Source: Lama guanicoe (lineage: Eukaryota). From it: a stretch of DNA of 64,000 nucleotides. How positions within the stretch are numbered: the first letter of the stretch is position 1; every line of letters begins with the position of its first letter. The position numbers and the translations under genes were made by a program. Of the stretch, positions 11,551-24,950 are shown one piece after another. The notes under the pieces were generated by a model. It saw only the letters and a program-made list of their open reading frames with translations. It ran no database searches and was not told the DNA's origin. Location: NCBI GenBank assembly GCA_013239625.1, contig MU055549.1:1-64000 (forward strand), in the 5' to 3' direction.

Positions 11551-14500
11551 TCTGCACTGAGTAGTTAGGTAAGAGGCTGGTCTAATGCTTTCCTCAATTT
11601 GGCTACCTCTATTGAATTTGTCAAGATAAAAGTAAGTCTTATGAGGAGACTTTCGAGTCCAAAAATGGGACCCTCCTCCTGGCTGGCAACAGCTTTCTCA
11701 GATGACTAAGAATCTTGCAGGAGTGGTAGAGGCAAAGACCTCATGCCGTGCAGTTGTCCCTGTGAGGAAACCCACTAGCAATTTTATTCCAACAACTTGA
11801 CCTTAGAATGAGGAACAGAACTTTCAAAACAAAAGAAAAAGAAATGACAGATTGCCAGCCTCCAACTATTAGCCCTGCCAGATTTATGTACATACAAGAC
11901 TTACAACTTTAATTGGGAATTAAAAAAATCTCACCCTGAAAATAACTAGCCAGGCCTGATAAAAACATTTTTTGGAATTCTGACCTTACAAAACCAAAAG
12001 CCCCTTTGGAGGAACTTGAATTTCTCTTCCTGTGTCCTTGAAATGTAAATGTTATATCTTTCTCTGGGCATTTTATGTGTATGTATGTATGTGTTTCTTT
12101 TTTGAAGAAAATTTGGACTCGGCCATCCAAAAGGTACAAGTATGTATACATATGGCGGCTAAAAAAATAAATTGGGATTCTGAACAATCCTTTGATTGTA
12201 CCAATTCTCAGGCATTTTGCCATCTTAACCTTTGTTGCATCAGCCTGGATCACAAAAGTCTTTCCCTTTTGGGGAGTAAACTTTTGAATTTTATTTAGGT
12301 GACACCCCCCACTCTCTTGTGGGAACGTCTCTTCATCTTATTGGTTTGAAATCACTAATAATATACATACATTTCACTGATAGCCGGATGATGGATTCTT
12401 TAAATTGGAGAAACTTTTAAATTGGTGAAAGTGGAGAGAGCTCTCATTATAAACATCTGTTTTATTGGTACCTATTAAAATTAATCAAGTTTAAAGGTGG
12501 AAAAATATATCTAATGGTTAACCTAAGAACTTAGTGGGGAAAAAAAAAAAACCGGTTTGGAAAGCTACACTTGTGTTTTCCCTTTCCCCTCAATGGGTTT
12601 TAGAGGTGCTCATAAAAACAACAGAATAATTCATGTTAATTAGGTTGAGTAACTGGAAAAAGGAATGTAGAAAATGTCTAAAGATTTTTTCTTAACAAGG
12701 AAAAACAAGGGACTTATCCCAAATGGATAAATATTTTTAGATGGTTATTTTAAATGGGATAAATAAAATGGACATTTATGGATTAAGATACAAGGTTTTG
12801 ATACTACAGAACATAAAGTTTAAAAGGCCAAAGGGATCACCTATTTGTCCCCAACATTAAAGTTCAAACAAATCCACTTTACTTACCCCGGTTTAAAGTG
12901 TATATATTTATAGCGCTGGAAAACAAATAAACACTGAGATACTTGATCAGTGATTGGGGCAACAGACCAATTACTCATATTAAAAGTTGACAAGGGCCTA
13001 AGTCCTTTGGCTCAAACTTGGTGATCTCAGAGACTTTTTTTTTATAAAATTAGATAAAGTAGACAAGAAATAAAAGAAAAAGTCTTCTAAGCATTCCTTC
13101 TAAAAATAACTTATTGATTAAACCTAATAAATATTAAAATGAAAGATATAAGAGTTGATAAAATTGAGATAAAAGTTTATAAAATTGGTATATTTAAACG
13201 GGCTTTATATAAACCGCTTAATTATGTTGCGGGATAGATATGTTTCAATGGGCAATGCTTCCCCTTCTTGATATTGTAAGATTGGGCACATAAATCTGCC
13301 CCTCAGGAAATACTAATTAAACATACTAAAGGAAACCAATATAGTTACCTGAGCCATTCAATGTAAAGTAAAACTAAAAACTAATGTTCAGGGGCTAATA
13401 AAAATAATAATAAGAGACTTACCCTGGGTTTAACTTATAACTCAAGGAAAAGAGACCTTACTAAAGGTCCTTATGCAAGCCTTTGAAGACATGATAAAGT
13501 AAACCCTCAAGTTTTAAAACACATAACTCTTTGGAGGTCTTTTCAATGACACATGAAAGCAAATTAAGAAGATACATTTGGACTTAGGTGACACATAGTC
13601 TTTGGGGGAACTAAAAGCAACTATCTTTGTCTTACAAATCAGAAATGTAACTACAGCAAACAATGACCTGAGATTAAGCCTAATTATTAGCTCAATGAGG
13701 TAAAACTTAAAGCCAAAGAAATTTGGGGGATTTTAGAACTCAGAACTCTAACTGGTCCTTCAGACTTTGTCAAGGAAAAATAAAAATCTTAAAAGTCTTT
13801 TTCATAAATAGTAAGCCTTAGTGATTTGAGCAAACAAATTCAACTTATTCCAACTGCTATTTGTAAGCAGTAAATTTATTTTGTAATAACTAATTCATAA
13901 CTAAGTTTTAAAGTGAAGCTATGAGAGCTCTAGTTTTGTCTGCTTATGTGTACACATTATAGATATGAGATATCTCTACTGCTAAAAAAATTAAAATCAA
14001 AGAGCTCTACTTAATTGATTTGAAAATAAGTGCTTACAAATTAAATATTTCTAAAATAAAAACTGATCAAATTGACTTTCAGGTTCACATGAACTGGAAA
14101 ATATTCAATATTAAGTTAATACCTAGTATTAAGTTTAGTTTAGGTTTGCTCTAATTAATGTAGACATCTTTAGAGTCATCAATATTAAGTATAATACCTT
14201 TAATGTACCTGGGTTTGATGAAAGTCAAATAAGATCTTATCATATCTGTTGAAGATTTGTCAAGAAATAATAATAGTAATTTGGTGTGATAAAATTCTAA
14301 GTAAGTTAAATTCAAATGAGATAAGAGTTTTTGGATAACTGCTTTAAAAATATATTTTTAGAAATGTATACTTAAGATAATCTTTGTAAATGTTTGGAAT
14401 CTTAAAATTCTAGAGTTGTGCTAAATTAAGTTAAATGATGGGAGTTTATTAAATAGCTATGCCATTTTCAGATAAAATAAGATTGAAATATTAATTACTT

Positions 14501-17500
14501 ACCATTGACTTCCTCTTACAGAAAAACTAAAGGTGTTTAGAAGTCTTAATAAATGGTTGGTGCCACCCTGAAATATTCTCTACTATTAAGGGAAACATCT
14601 CAGTATCCCAGGAAAATGAGATGAATGTGTAAAAGAAGGTATGAGGAAAGGAATTATATTTTGTTAATGGAAAATAGTGACTTTGTCCTGAAGCTGGTTA
14701 CTTCTAAATGGAAGAGAAAATAAGGGACAAAATAATATGGATATAGTAAGTTGTGGAAGGCTTGTGGCAGAGGAACCCTGAGGAAAGAGTTTTGTATATG
14801 GTCAGGATTGGCTAAGTTTAGAATAAATTTAGTTGAAGTAAATGAATCTTAGAGGTAAGCTGGTACAAGACTAAATTTGGTTTTCTCTCTGTTAAGAGGA
14901 CAAAGTTTTCTTAAAATGTTAATCCACCTTCGATAACAGATTGTAAAATTTCTTTTACCCCTTAAGTGATCTGTTCTGCATTTACCTTTGAAATATTTTC
15001 TTGTTAATGAATAAGTACTGTTTTACAGTGACCTATACTTTTATCTGACCAAGTGTTTTGAAATTTTTAAACAAGCTTCCCAAATATCAAATTTTAATCA
15101 GAAGTCTTTTGACCTCCAGCTAAATCTGGGATGCTTCAGAGGGCCCCTGAAACATCCCGAAGAGAGATTTTAAACTAGTAAGTTTCATTTAGTATGTTAA
15201 ATAACATGGGAACTATTGTCAAATGAATAATAAATCTTCCTAGGCTATATTGTATGAGAAAATATTATTAATATACATATTCGAGAAATTATATGGAATC
15301 CCTAAAAATCTGGTATATCTGGAAGGTTAGCAGTCATAACTCTGGTTATTGTGACCAGGTATCTTCATCAATTACAGTGTAACTAGGTGTTTAACTGTGC
15401 TTTTAAGTCTTTTGTCATTTATAGAGTTATTATTTTATTCTGATGCTTTTGCAAAATGCTTTCTCTTCAAGGAGATTTACTGGTTTCTAATAAATTTCAA
15501 ACTGTAGCACTGAACTAAACTGGAAAAGAAATTTTAAAGGTCAGATGAAAACTCTGATTTCAAAAAACTGTTAACAACAACAACAACAACAAAAGATTGG
15601 TTACATGGGACTGAGTAAACTGATGAATATGGTTATACTTTTTGATTTTGTCTGAAATATTACTGGCTTTTAATCTGTGTTTCCCATACATAAAGAAACA
15701 CTTCTCCTTAAGCTAATTATGACTCACAGCTATTTGATAAATTATACCTATGTAAGCAGTGGAACAGTTATCTTTTCTGTCTATCTGATTCCTCCAGAGA
15801 CTGGAAACTCTTAAGTCCCCAGTAGCTCTATCAGATAAGTTAGAAAGATCACCTCCTAACAGGTATAGGAATCTCAAGGTATTTTGAGAACCTTCGAGAG
15901 AAAAGAATTCACCTAACTCTGTAAAGCAAAAAATCTATGACAAGCCCTTGATGTGGCTTTCCTGGACTTAGAAAGCCTTATTAAAATGCTAGCCTGCAAC
16001 TCCTCATTAAAAGTTCCAACACAGCCAATTTAAAAGAGCCTATATGATCAAATACTCAGACTTAACTTGTAAACAAATTCATCTTGATTTGGCTATATTT
16101 GATAAAAATGAAGGTAACTTTAAAGAGAGAAAGATTATATTTTAGTGGATATTAAATTCTAGTTTTGTTAATTGAAGTCTATATTTAGTAAGACTCACGT
16201 CCCAAATCATTCCTTGCTGTTATGTTACATTGCTGCAAAGTTTAATCAAATTACTAAAGACACTCTAGGTTTGTTTCTGAAGCTCAGTAGTCTATCCTTG
16301 GAGGAAGATCCGATGCCCCATCACCCACAACCAGGGGATTATATATACTGAAACAGACATGACTTAAAGAACTATCTCCAACCTGAATGGAAGGACCCTT
16401 TATCAGGTACTCTTAACTAGACCATACATAGCAAAAGCTGAAGGAAACTGACTTTGGGATAAATTTCCAGTCAGAAAGAGCCCCTGCACTGGACTGGCTA
16501 TGGAGTAATTAAAACAATGCTCAAATGGAGAAGAAGCTACCAGGCCAGGATGAGAAGAAGATGGCATCTGAGATTCACAGCTGACCCAAGACACCGGCCC
16601 AGGTCTGTATATCAATTACTTTGATAATTGCTCATACCTTTGATTATGAACTAATCCAGTTGTTAGGTTTATGGTAAATTACCTATATCTAGTACTTCTG
16701 TGTTATCTTGGTGGGTTTCCCTACTCCAAGGTTCTAACTAGATAGCCCTCAGAAAATTTATTCTAAAAAAGAAATTATAGTTCTATTTAGGCCACTATTG
16801 ACATCACAAGATGGGAAACCTCACCTGGCTAATTAATAATACCTGCTCTGAGCCTGGCCATAAATATGAATTTTCTTATAAGATCACTCAAACTCAATCA
16901 AGGCAACAAGCAAGATTTCACCCAAAGAATGTAACCTCCCTCAATTATGGAAAGGACTTATATAGTTAACACCAGGGTGTGGACATTTAAATTTAAAGAC
17001 TCTGTTATGTTGGAAAAAAAATTAAACTATACTAAAGATAACGAACCTAATACCACTATGAACTTTGGCTGGGAGTCTTATGAACAATGCCTGTATAATG
17101 TCTTTCTTAAAGATAAGGATTGGTACAGAACAGAGTATGTCAGATGACCTGGGTATACACTGAGCTGCATCTAATTGAAGTTTTTGGCTTAAATTTTTAC
17201 TTTTGACCTTATTAATACTGCTAACTTTATTATTTGTATTTTGCCTGTTTTAGAAAATTGTCTCTTACATTTCTCAATGTGCAACTAGGCCTCCAGCAAG
17301 ACTGATGTTGACTAAACATCTTCAGGAAATAGATAAAATTTATAACCCTGCATAGAATAATTGTAATAGTGTGATTCTAGGTATGGGAATGAGCAACGAG
17401 GGGTGAACATTTCCTGGATCATAATAGACTAGTAAGACAGGTGATGCAGAGAATTTCTAGTATCAACAGAGCCTAATCCAAAAACTAGCACTTTGAGTGG

Positions 17501-17616
17501 CATGTCAACAGAATCTTTGCCTGATCAAGGAATGAGCCTTCCTAGCATCATGGGACAAAATTGGTCATGAAATGTCTCCCAAAACATTGGTCAAATTTAG
17601 GACCAAGGGGGAGCAC

Positions 17617-18078
17617 TGTGAATGAAAAATACTGCAAACCACATCAGTAAACAAAGAATGCTGAAGCCATCAAGTCATCAGTGGCTGCCCCACCCCCCAG
17701 TGAAGACAAGCCTGCAGCCCAGCCTTTGCAACCACTCACAATGGTGCACTCTGAGGAGACTCAGAACAAGAAAGGACAGGATACTAGCCCTAGACAGCTA
17801 GGTGCTTGTCAAAGGAATGAATTCAGTGACCCTAGTTGTTTGCTTCCTCCCGTACATAGAAAAGCACTAAATTCTTTAATTTGAGATGCCTGTTTTTCTT
17901 TGATAACAAGTAATCTTCTATTGTTCCAACTACCTGGTCTTTGTTGTAAAGCTCCTATATATCCTAGCCCCTCCCCACCTCTTTGGAGCAGCCCCTCAGA
18001 ATGATCTGAGAGGCTCAAGTCCTCCTGCCAAATAAAACATAACTCAACTTTTAGGCTGCGCATTTATTTCAGTCAACA
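17617..18078 (+). repeat. 3' LTR of provirus
   Basis: Direct repeat of 10614-11089, preceded by the purine tract AAGGGGGAG. Confidence 0.9.
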
Positions 18079-19284
18079 ATAGAAATGAGCACTGGGCAGG
18101 GGGAGAGGAAGAGGAAAGGAACAATCTAGAGCGCAGGAACCTGAGCTGTCAGTCAACCAGAGTGCAGGTAATTTGAGTTGTCAATCAATCACAAAACCAG
18201 GATATGAAAACAGCAGGCAGGAGGGAGCGGTGCCATTGTCCTCTCTTGGAGGGGCCCGCCCCCAATCCTCAGGAGTGCACTACACTCCACCCTTATTTTT
18301 TACTTCACTAATAAAAATCTTGTTTATATCATGCTTTTTGTCTCTCATCAAAAATTTTTTTCATGAGGGGTGACTAAGAACAGAGGTAATTACTATTTTC
18401 CTTTTCCTGGTAACACCCCTCTCACCTTGGGGCTGACAAGCCCCTCACAGGACTGTGACCCTGCCACTTCCCACTCCCCAGGAGGCAGCTTCACCTTCAG
18501 TGGCTGCTGAGCCCAGACACCTGGGACTCCCACTCCCCCACTTTCCTTGTGCCCCAGTGACTGTCAGCTCCTCCTCCAGAGCCTATGGCCACACTAATGG
18601 AGCCTATCCCCACACTAATGCCCCTCTATAGCCACAGGCTTGATGCTGGCCCAACCCAATCTTGTGCACAGCTCCTCCAGCAGGCCCTGACAAAGCTCCT
18701 GCCCCCACGGTGCATTCACATCCCATCCCAACTTGGACTTCATGAGCCAGAAACAAGACAGGGACTCTCTCCCACCTGTAATCCCCCAACTTTCCCCACT
18801 TTGGCTGGGCTGTCTGCTGGAAGGGATGCTTGCTGAGTCCCTGAGAGTCCCCAGCACCCCCACTAGGCTGCTGGCTCCTGGGTTCCCTGACACTGAGCAC
18901 CTCAGCAGACCAGGTGACACAGCTGCTCTGGGCTTGTCCACACTCAGGTGGCCCCCACACAGCCCAGGGCTCGCAGGTGTGTGGCACAAATCTCCATCCC
19001 CCCTGGCAGCATCTGCTGGAGGAAGGAAGTTGTTACACGATGCCAGTGGTCAGCTCCCAAAGGAGATAAATCCAAAGGTCTGCATGTAGGAACAGGGCCC
19101 CTGAATGCTTGGAGCAGAGGCAAGGTGGCAGCAGAGAGAGAAATTACAGACATGGTGGAAGCCTCAATACTACACTGAATGTGCCACCGGACCAACTGTG
19201 ATCTGGGGCCTGGCAGCATGTGATCAGAGGACAGGGGCACATGATTGGCAGGGGGTGGACACATGATCAGGGACCTAGGGGTAT

Positions 19285-19540
19285 GTGATCTTGGATTCTT
19301 CTGGAGGCCTCTCTGAGGCATATGGATGGCTGTCTTCTCCCCAGGCCCCCATGTTGTCCCTTTGTGTGTCTGTGTTCTGGCTTTCTCTGCTTCCAAGGAC
19401 ACTTGTCCTCCCGGATTAGGCCCCTGGTTACCTCATTTAACATAATCGTCTCTGTAAAGGCCGCCTACAATTGCAGACGGAGGCACTGAGGACTAGGGCT
19501 TCAACACAGTAACTAGGGGGACACAGTTCAGCTCAGAACA
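19285..19540. mobile_element. MaLR (MLT1-like) LTR fragment
   Basis: 'cctcatttaacataatcgtctctgtaaagg...gggcttcaacac...gggggacacagttcagc' is a typical MLT1 end. Confidence 0.6.
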
Positions 19541-19919
19541 CCTCGTGTTCACCAGCCCTGAATCATTGTGTCAGGAGTCTTGCCCAGTTCCAGCCAAGCC
19601 CTCTCTCCACTCACACCTTGGTACTAAAACACACCATAAACCAGCTATCCACATCACACACATCTCCCGATGTTGCCAGACACCAGCAAACTGAGGGGAA
19701 TTCTGCCTCTTTCTGCAGCAAACACATAGTTGGCATGGTCCCAGCAAAGGTGATTCTGGTGACACTTGAGGCAGCTGTGCTGTGACATTTTGCACAGTTA
19801 TCAACAGTATGTTAATCACATGTGTTCAACCAAGCACAGTCCTTGTTGAGGAACCCAGGTCTCTGTAGAGAAATGAGCCCTGGTCAGGGAGCTCTGGGTC
19901 CCACCCCAGTAAGCTAGGG

Positions 19920-22200
19920 ATAAACCCCTAGGAATAAATTTAAACAAGTACATAAAAGACATGCACACTGAAAACTATAAGACACTGATAAAGAAATCAA
20001 AGACACAAATCAATAAAAAAAAATTTCATGCTCAGGCACTGGAATAATTAATACTGGTAAAACATTCATCTAGCCAAAGCAGTGCGCACATTCAATACAA
20101 CCCCTAACATAATTCAAGTGGCACTTTTCACAGAAACAGAACAAACAATCCTATCACTTGTATGGAACAACGAAGGAGCCCTAATAGGCAAAGAGAAAGG
20201 AGAGCAAAGCTGGAGGCATCTCCCTTCCTGACTTCACACTACATTATGAAGCTACAGTAACCAAAACAGCATGGTATTGGCACAAAAACAGGCTCATGGG
20301 CCAGAGGAACAGAGTACAGAGCACAGAAATAAATCCATTCATATATGGTTGGTTAATTCATGACAAAGGAGCCAAGACCACAAAATGCGGAAAAACAGCC
20401 CCTTCAATAAACAGTGTTGAGAATTACACTGGACATCATCAACACCTCACACAAAATAAACTAAACTCCACAATTTTTCACATCAAGTCTGTCCTCTGCA
20501 GGGTCCTCTGAACATGGAACTCCTTAGGCATAAACCACACACAGGAAGCTTCTTCTTACTTTTTCCTCATCTTTCACTCCCTTGGCAGCACCTCACAGCA
20601 GGTCCTGAAGGCGTCTGGCTCCTGTCTGCATGGATGAAACTAAGAGCTGCCCTAAAGCTGAAACCTTGGTGGGTCCTGAAGAGATGGAGCTCCTATTGTG
20701 GTGCAAGAAGCCAGTCCATGCAGGAGCCAAGCCCACCGGTGTAATGCACATGTGCCTTAAGGATCAGAGAAGTGAGCTTGGCGCTGCCTGCTGAATAGAT
20801 GGGAACTGCAGGCCACAACTGTGCAGTTCAGTGCAGGCCATGCTCCCAGCTGGCAAAATTGCATGGTCCACTAAATTTGGAAATTCAAACTGAAATGGAG
20901 CCAAATATCCCATGACTTCTCCAAAAATAGTTATACAACAATTACTTGGAGGCCATGTGCCATCAAATAAATATAGACACAAAATTTACAGCTTACACCA
21001 ACATTTACTCATAATTGTCCATAGACAAATTTAAATGGAAAACTATAGAAATTCTAGAATAAAACAGAAAAAAATCTAACCTTTAGTTTAGTGATGAATT
21101 TTACCATAAAACCACAAAAGTCTGTCCATAAAAGAAACAGAATTTATAATGTGGACTTAAAAAAATTAAAAATTTAAACTCTGTGAAAGACCTTCTTCAT
21201 AAAACAAAAAGACAAGCCACACTGAAAGATATATATTTCATATATATATCTCACTGCAAAATAAATATAAACAATTTGTACTCAAATTATACCAAGAACT
21301 CTAAAACAAACCACCACATTAAAAATGGCTAAAGATCTGACCAAAGAAGATATACAGATAGTAAATAAACATAGAAACATATGCTCAACATCAGATATCA
21401 TCAGGGGATTCCAAATTAAGACAACTATACAACTAATTTGAAAGACAATTTAACAGTTTTTCCCGAAGCTAAACAAGTCTCCCCTTAGAATCTAACACTA
21501 GGCCTCCACTATTTAGACAACTGCTTTGAAGAACTATGACCAAACAAAAAATAAGGATGCAAAGGTCAAAGGTCAAAGGTCAGGGTCCAGAGGTCAAGTC
21601 AAAGGACAATGGTTAGAGGTCAGAGGTCACTTATCAGCTCCACAACATACTGGACCTCTTACCACATTCAATTACAACCACCACACAACTTTCAATAAAT
21701 TTGGAAATAGCAAACTCTTTATGAGCAGGGACTGTAATTATTCATTTCTGCCATAAAACAAAAGCATCTGTCTACAGACTTTTATCACAAGGAGCAGAAA
21801 TCCTTCTTGGTCAGAGGTTGTTGGCCAGGGGTCAAAGGTCAGAGGTTAAAAGGCCAGGTGTTGGATGTCAAGGGTCAAAGGTCAGCATTCTGGGGGGTCC
21901 GAGGTCAAAGGAAAACAGGAGCCAATGGAAAGATTCAATAACCAAAGTAGGAATGAATTTAGCAACCAAATACTTTAGTGCTGGATTATAACCAAAAGTT
22001 AGAAAAACAAAACTTATCCACAGGTGTCCATGGTGGTAAAAGTAAGTAATTATGCAGGTTTTTTATGATGGGTTTAAACAGAAATATCTTATGCAGAAGA
22101 ATTCCATATAGTTAATGTAGACACTCAGCCACCCATCAGGGAAGAAAAGCTAACTCCTCCCTCCGTAAGTGCTAGTTCCCAAAGTGACTTCCTACTAAAG
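19920..22200. repeat. Tandem duplication module, copy 3 (partial)
   Basis: Same L1 / unique segment / L1 order as copies 1 and 2. The part equivalent to ~2875-4270 is replaced by GGTCA-rich repeats. Confidence 0.75.
21559..21910 (+). repeat. (AAAGGTC/AGAGGTC/GGGTCA)n simple repeats, G-rich telomere-variant-like, in two blocks
   Basis: 'aaaggtcaaaggtcaaaggtcagggtccagaggtcaagtc' (21559-21630) and 'ggtcagagg...ggtcaaaggtcagagg...gggtcaaaggtcag' (21808-21910). Confidence 0.75.
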
Positions 22201-24950
22201 AAGACACGCAGTCGGAACATGGGGAAGAGCAGCTTCATTGTGGGGAAATCTGGCAAACACCTCCTCAGTCAGATGTCCAAAGTTAATATCAACAATGATA
22301 AGCTGCCTTGAGAGCCTGTTCCCTTGATATACAGTGATGAGAAAGCACTGTATCTCTGTGACCTGCTTACTCAAAACCCGTAACTCCAACCTAATTAGAG
22401 AAAAACGCCAAGTAAATTCCAATGAGGGACATCCTACAAAATACCTAACTAGTTCTCCTCAACAATGTTAAGGTCATAGAAACAAGGAGAGTCTGAGAAA
22501 CTGTCGAAGTCCAGAAGAGCCTAAACAGACATGATGATCAAATGTCACATGGTACCCTGGATGCATGCTGAGGAAAGAAAGAGTTAGAACAAAGGAAACC
22601 CAAATGAAATACGGACGTCAGTTAATAATAAGGTATCAGTATTTGTTCATTACTTGTGAGATTTCTGTAGAAAACTAGAATGAGAGAAGAAAATAAAAGT
22701 GAAATAGGAGAAACCTATTGCCTCAAACTGGAAATCTAGAGGAAATTGGTGACTTCCTAGTAAAAACACACATTAACAAAATGGAACATAACTAAGGGAT
22801 ATACAAACAGAACAACTAGCTACTGAAGGACCTCTTCCCTGTGCTGGTTCTCCTCTCGTTGTTCTGGGATCTCCCCCTCCTGGGACATGGAAGGGACAGA
22901 AACAGAGTTATTCAGCAGTTCCCCTAAGATCTGACCCCACTCTGTGTCTCCATCTCCCTCAGCCATGCTCCACCCGTACACCTGAGGAAGCCTCAGGGAT
23001 TATTGATTCTGATGTGTCAGCTAGAGCTTTTTTGATTCCAAGGGATTGGACACATTTACTCAAGGAAAATAAATCAATTTTTTAAATGATAGAAATAAAT
23101 TTATAATTGCAAGACACAGGTTTGAGTGGGTTTGGTCCTGGCAGGTCCAAGGGCTCACTCTGTTGCAATGTGACCTGGTCTCTTTCCAATCCTTTGTTCT
23201 ACTAAGTGCCTTTGGGTGGTCCCACTCATAGATACAGTCTCTCTTACTGCATCCAGGCCCTCCAGCAACTCTAGGCTGACACCCACTCAATGTCTATTTT
23301 ACCAGAGTGTTTCTCCTTCCCTGGGGTCCATGAAAAGTCATGGCTTTAAATGCCTTTGGCGTGGGTCACATTCTCATCCTTGAAACCATCAGAGCACCAA
23401 GTGGATGGAACATAGAATTGGCTAGATATAGATCACAAGTCCATCTTCAATATGGGTGGAACGTGGGGTGTGCCCTCTGGAAATGTTTGGATTGGAAGCA
23501 GGTGACAAGCAGTTCCCGCAAGGAAAGCTGAAGTGCTGGATGTGGGCATGAGAAAAGATACTGGGAAATGGAAAGTAACTGCTTCTATATCACTGACGGC
23601 CCACTGCACAGCTGTGCAATATAAAGCCCAAAGAAGGAAGGGATTTGTTTAGGGTCAGGGGCTGCAGCCACTCATCCAGGTCTTGTGCTGTCCTTCCTTG
23701 ATGGCAAGAAGCTCTTCCACTTGCTAAACAAAAACTGCTGTTGGTGGTAAACTCAAGGCTCTTGTCTTGAGCATTGGGTCCTCACATCTCAGAGCCCGGC
23801 CCTGATTGTCCATGTGCCTCAAAAGGCACACAGACTTCATTTATGTCTCTGGAGGAGGTAGCCCAGGAGTCACACTCACTCCCTGGCCAAATTAATCATC
23901 CATCGCGGAAGAACAAATTTGCTCATTTTCCAGTCTCTTCTCTCTCTTTTACAAAGAGCAGAGACCAAATGCTGGGTGGCAAAGAAACTCAGTGAAGCAG
24001 TGGGAGCCTCAAGGGTCATTCCATACCATACAATCCACAGTTGACAAACTTTCTGGAGACAACAGGGGCTGAGCCCTGAGTGCATACAGCTCACTGAGAC
24101 TGTGTGGCCTCAATGAGAAACTGCCCACTGCGAGGCCCAGTTGCCCCCATATCTTTTACTCTTAACAAGTATGAATGTCAAAAGTTTGTTACAACTGGAA
24201 GACCAAAGAATTGTAGGGACGCTGTCTGCTGTTTGGTTGTTGTAGCCAGGGCCACATACAATGTGTAGAGGGTTATTATATCTCTTGGTAAGCTAAAAGG
24301 CTGTGAGAAAAGAGACATCCCAAGAGGCTGTCTACACTGCCCAGGAGCTGTTCAACGGCACAGCAGCATGGTCAGCTCAGTAATTGGCAACAAGGGCTTG
24401 ACAGGGCCCAGGCTGGCCTGAGCTAGAGAACCGCAGATGCCTGCCTGGATGGTTGGAGGCCAAGGGCTGTCCTGGCTAAGACCTGACTGTCTACTGCTCC
24501 CCACTTGGACGAGTGGGACAAAGGATCCATCCAGGCCCAGGACAGCCCAGCCATTCTTCAAGTATGCAGCACCTGGAGGCTGGCAGGTCACTGCACTCAA
24601 CTGTATAAATCCAAACATATCTATTGAGTGCCCAGTATGTCAGGGCTGAGTTGGAACCTAGAGCTGCCCAGACAGAGTGGGGCCGGCACCTCCCTTCCCA
24701 GGTGGGAAGGCAGAGAAACATCCTGTGCAATCTCTGAGGCTCTCCAGAACACCTGACTGAGGTAGAACTCCATTTGAAACAATCAGTGACCAGAACAGAC
24801 ATTTCATTCTTCTATCAGAGCCCTGTACTCTGGTGCAGATATCAATGGTCCAGCTTAACTCCCTGTCTCATGTGTGACTCTAGGCAAGTCCTATCCATCC
24901 TGGAGGCTCAGAAAGATAGAGAGTGAAGAGGGGGAAGAGAATCAGTTATG

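Larger units (their letters stand above)
10614..18078 (+). mobile_element. Endogenous retrovirus (ERV1/MER4-group-like), both LTRs present, coding-defective
   Basis: 5' LTR 10614-11089, 3' LTR 17617-18078, PBS 11094-11113, PPT 17605-17616, TSD ATAT/ATAG. Integrase C-terminal remnant (LQPEWKGP.QVLLT, ~16375), env remnants 16650-17340, long AT-rich non-coding interior. Confidence 0.9.
10595..18415 (+). mobile_element. Older ~350-bp LTR (MER50/MER83-like) split by the younger provirus (pieces 10595-10613 and 18079-18415)
   Basis: Starts (c)GTTAGGTAG, continues 'atagaaatgagcactgggcaggggg', has AATAAA ~18310, ends GGTAACA, and has a CCCC TSD on both sides. Confidence 0.7.

Noticed and set aside
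18830-19020. Faint resemblance to the FRG2 C-terminal region (GLAGVWHKSPSPL vs recalled DLAQVWAQQIHSPL)
   Set aside because: Match is short, spacing to neighbouring motifs is inconsistent and no other FRG2 exons are visible. A TBLASTN would be needed.
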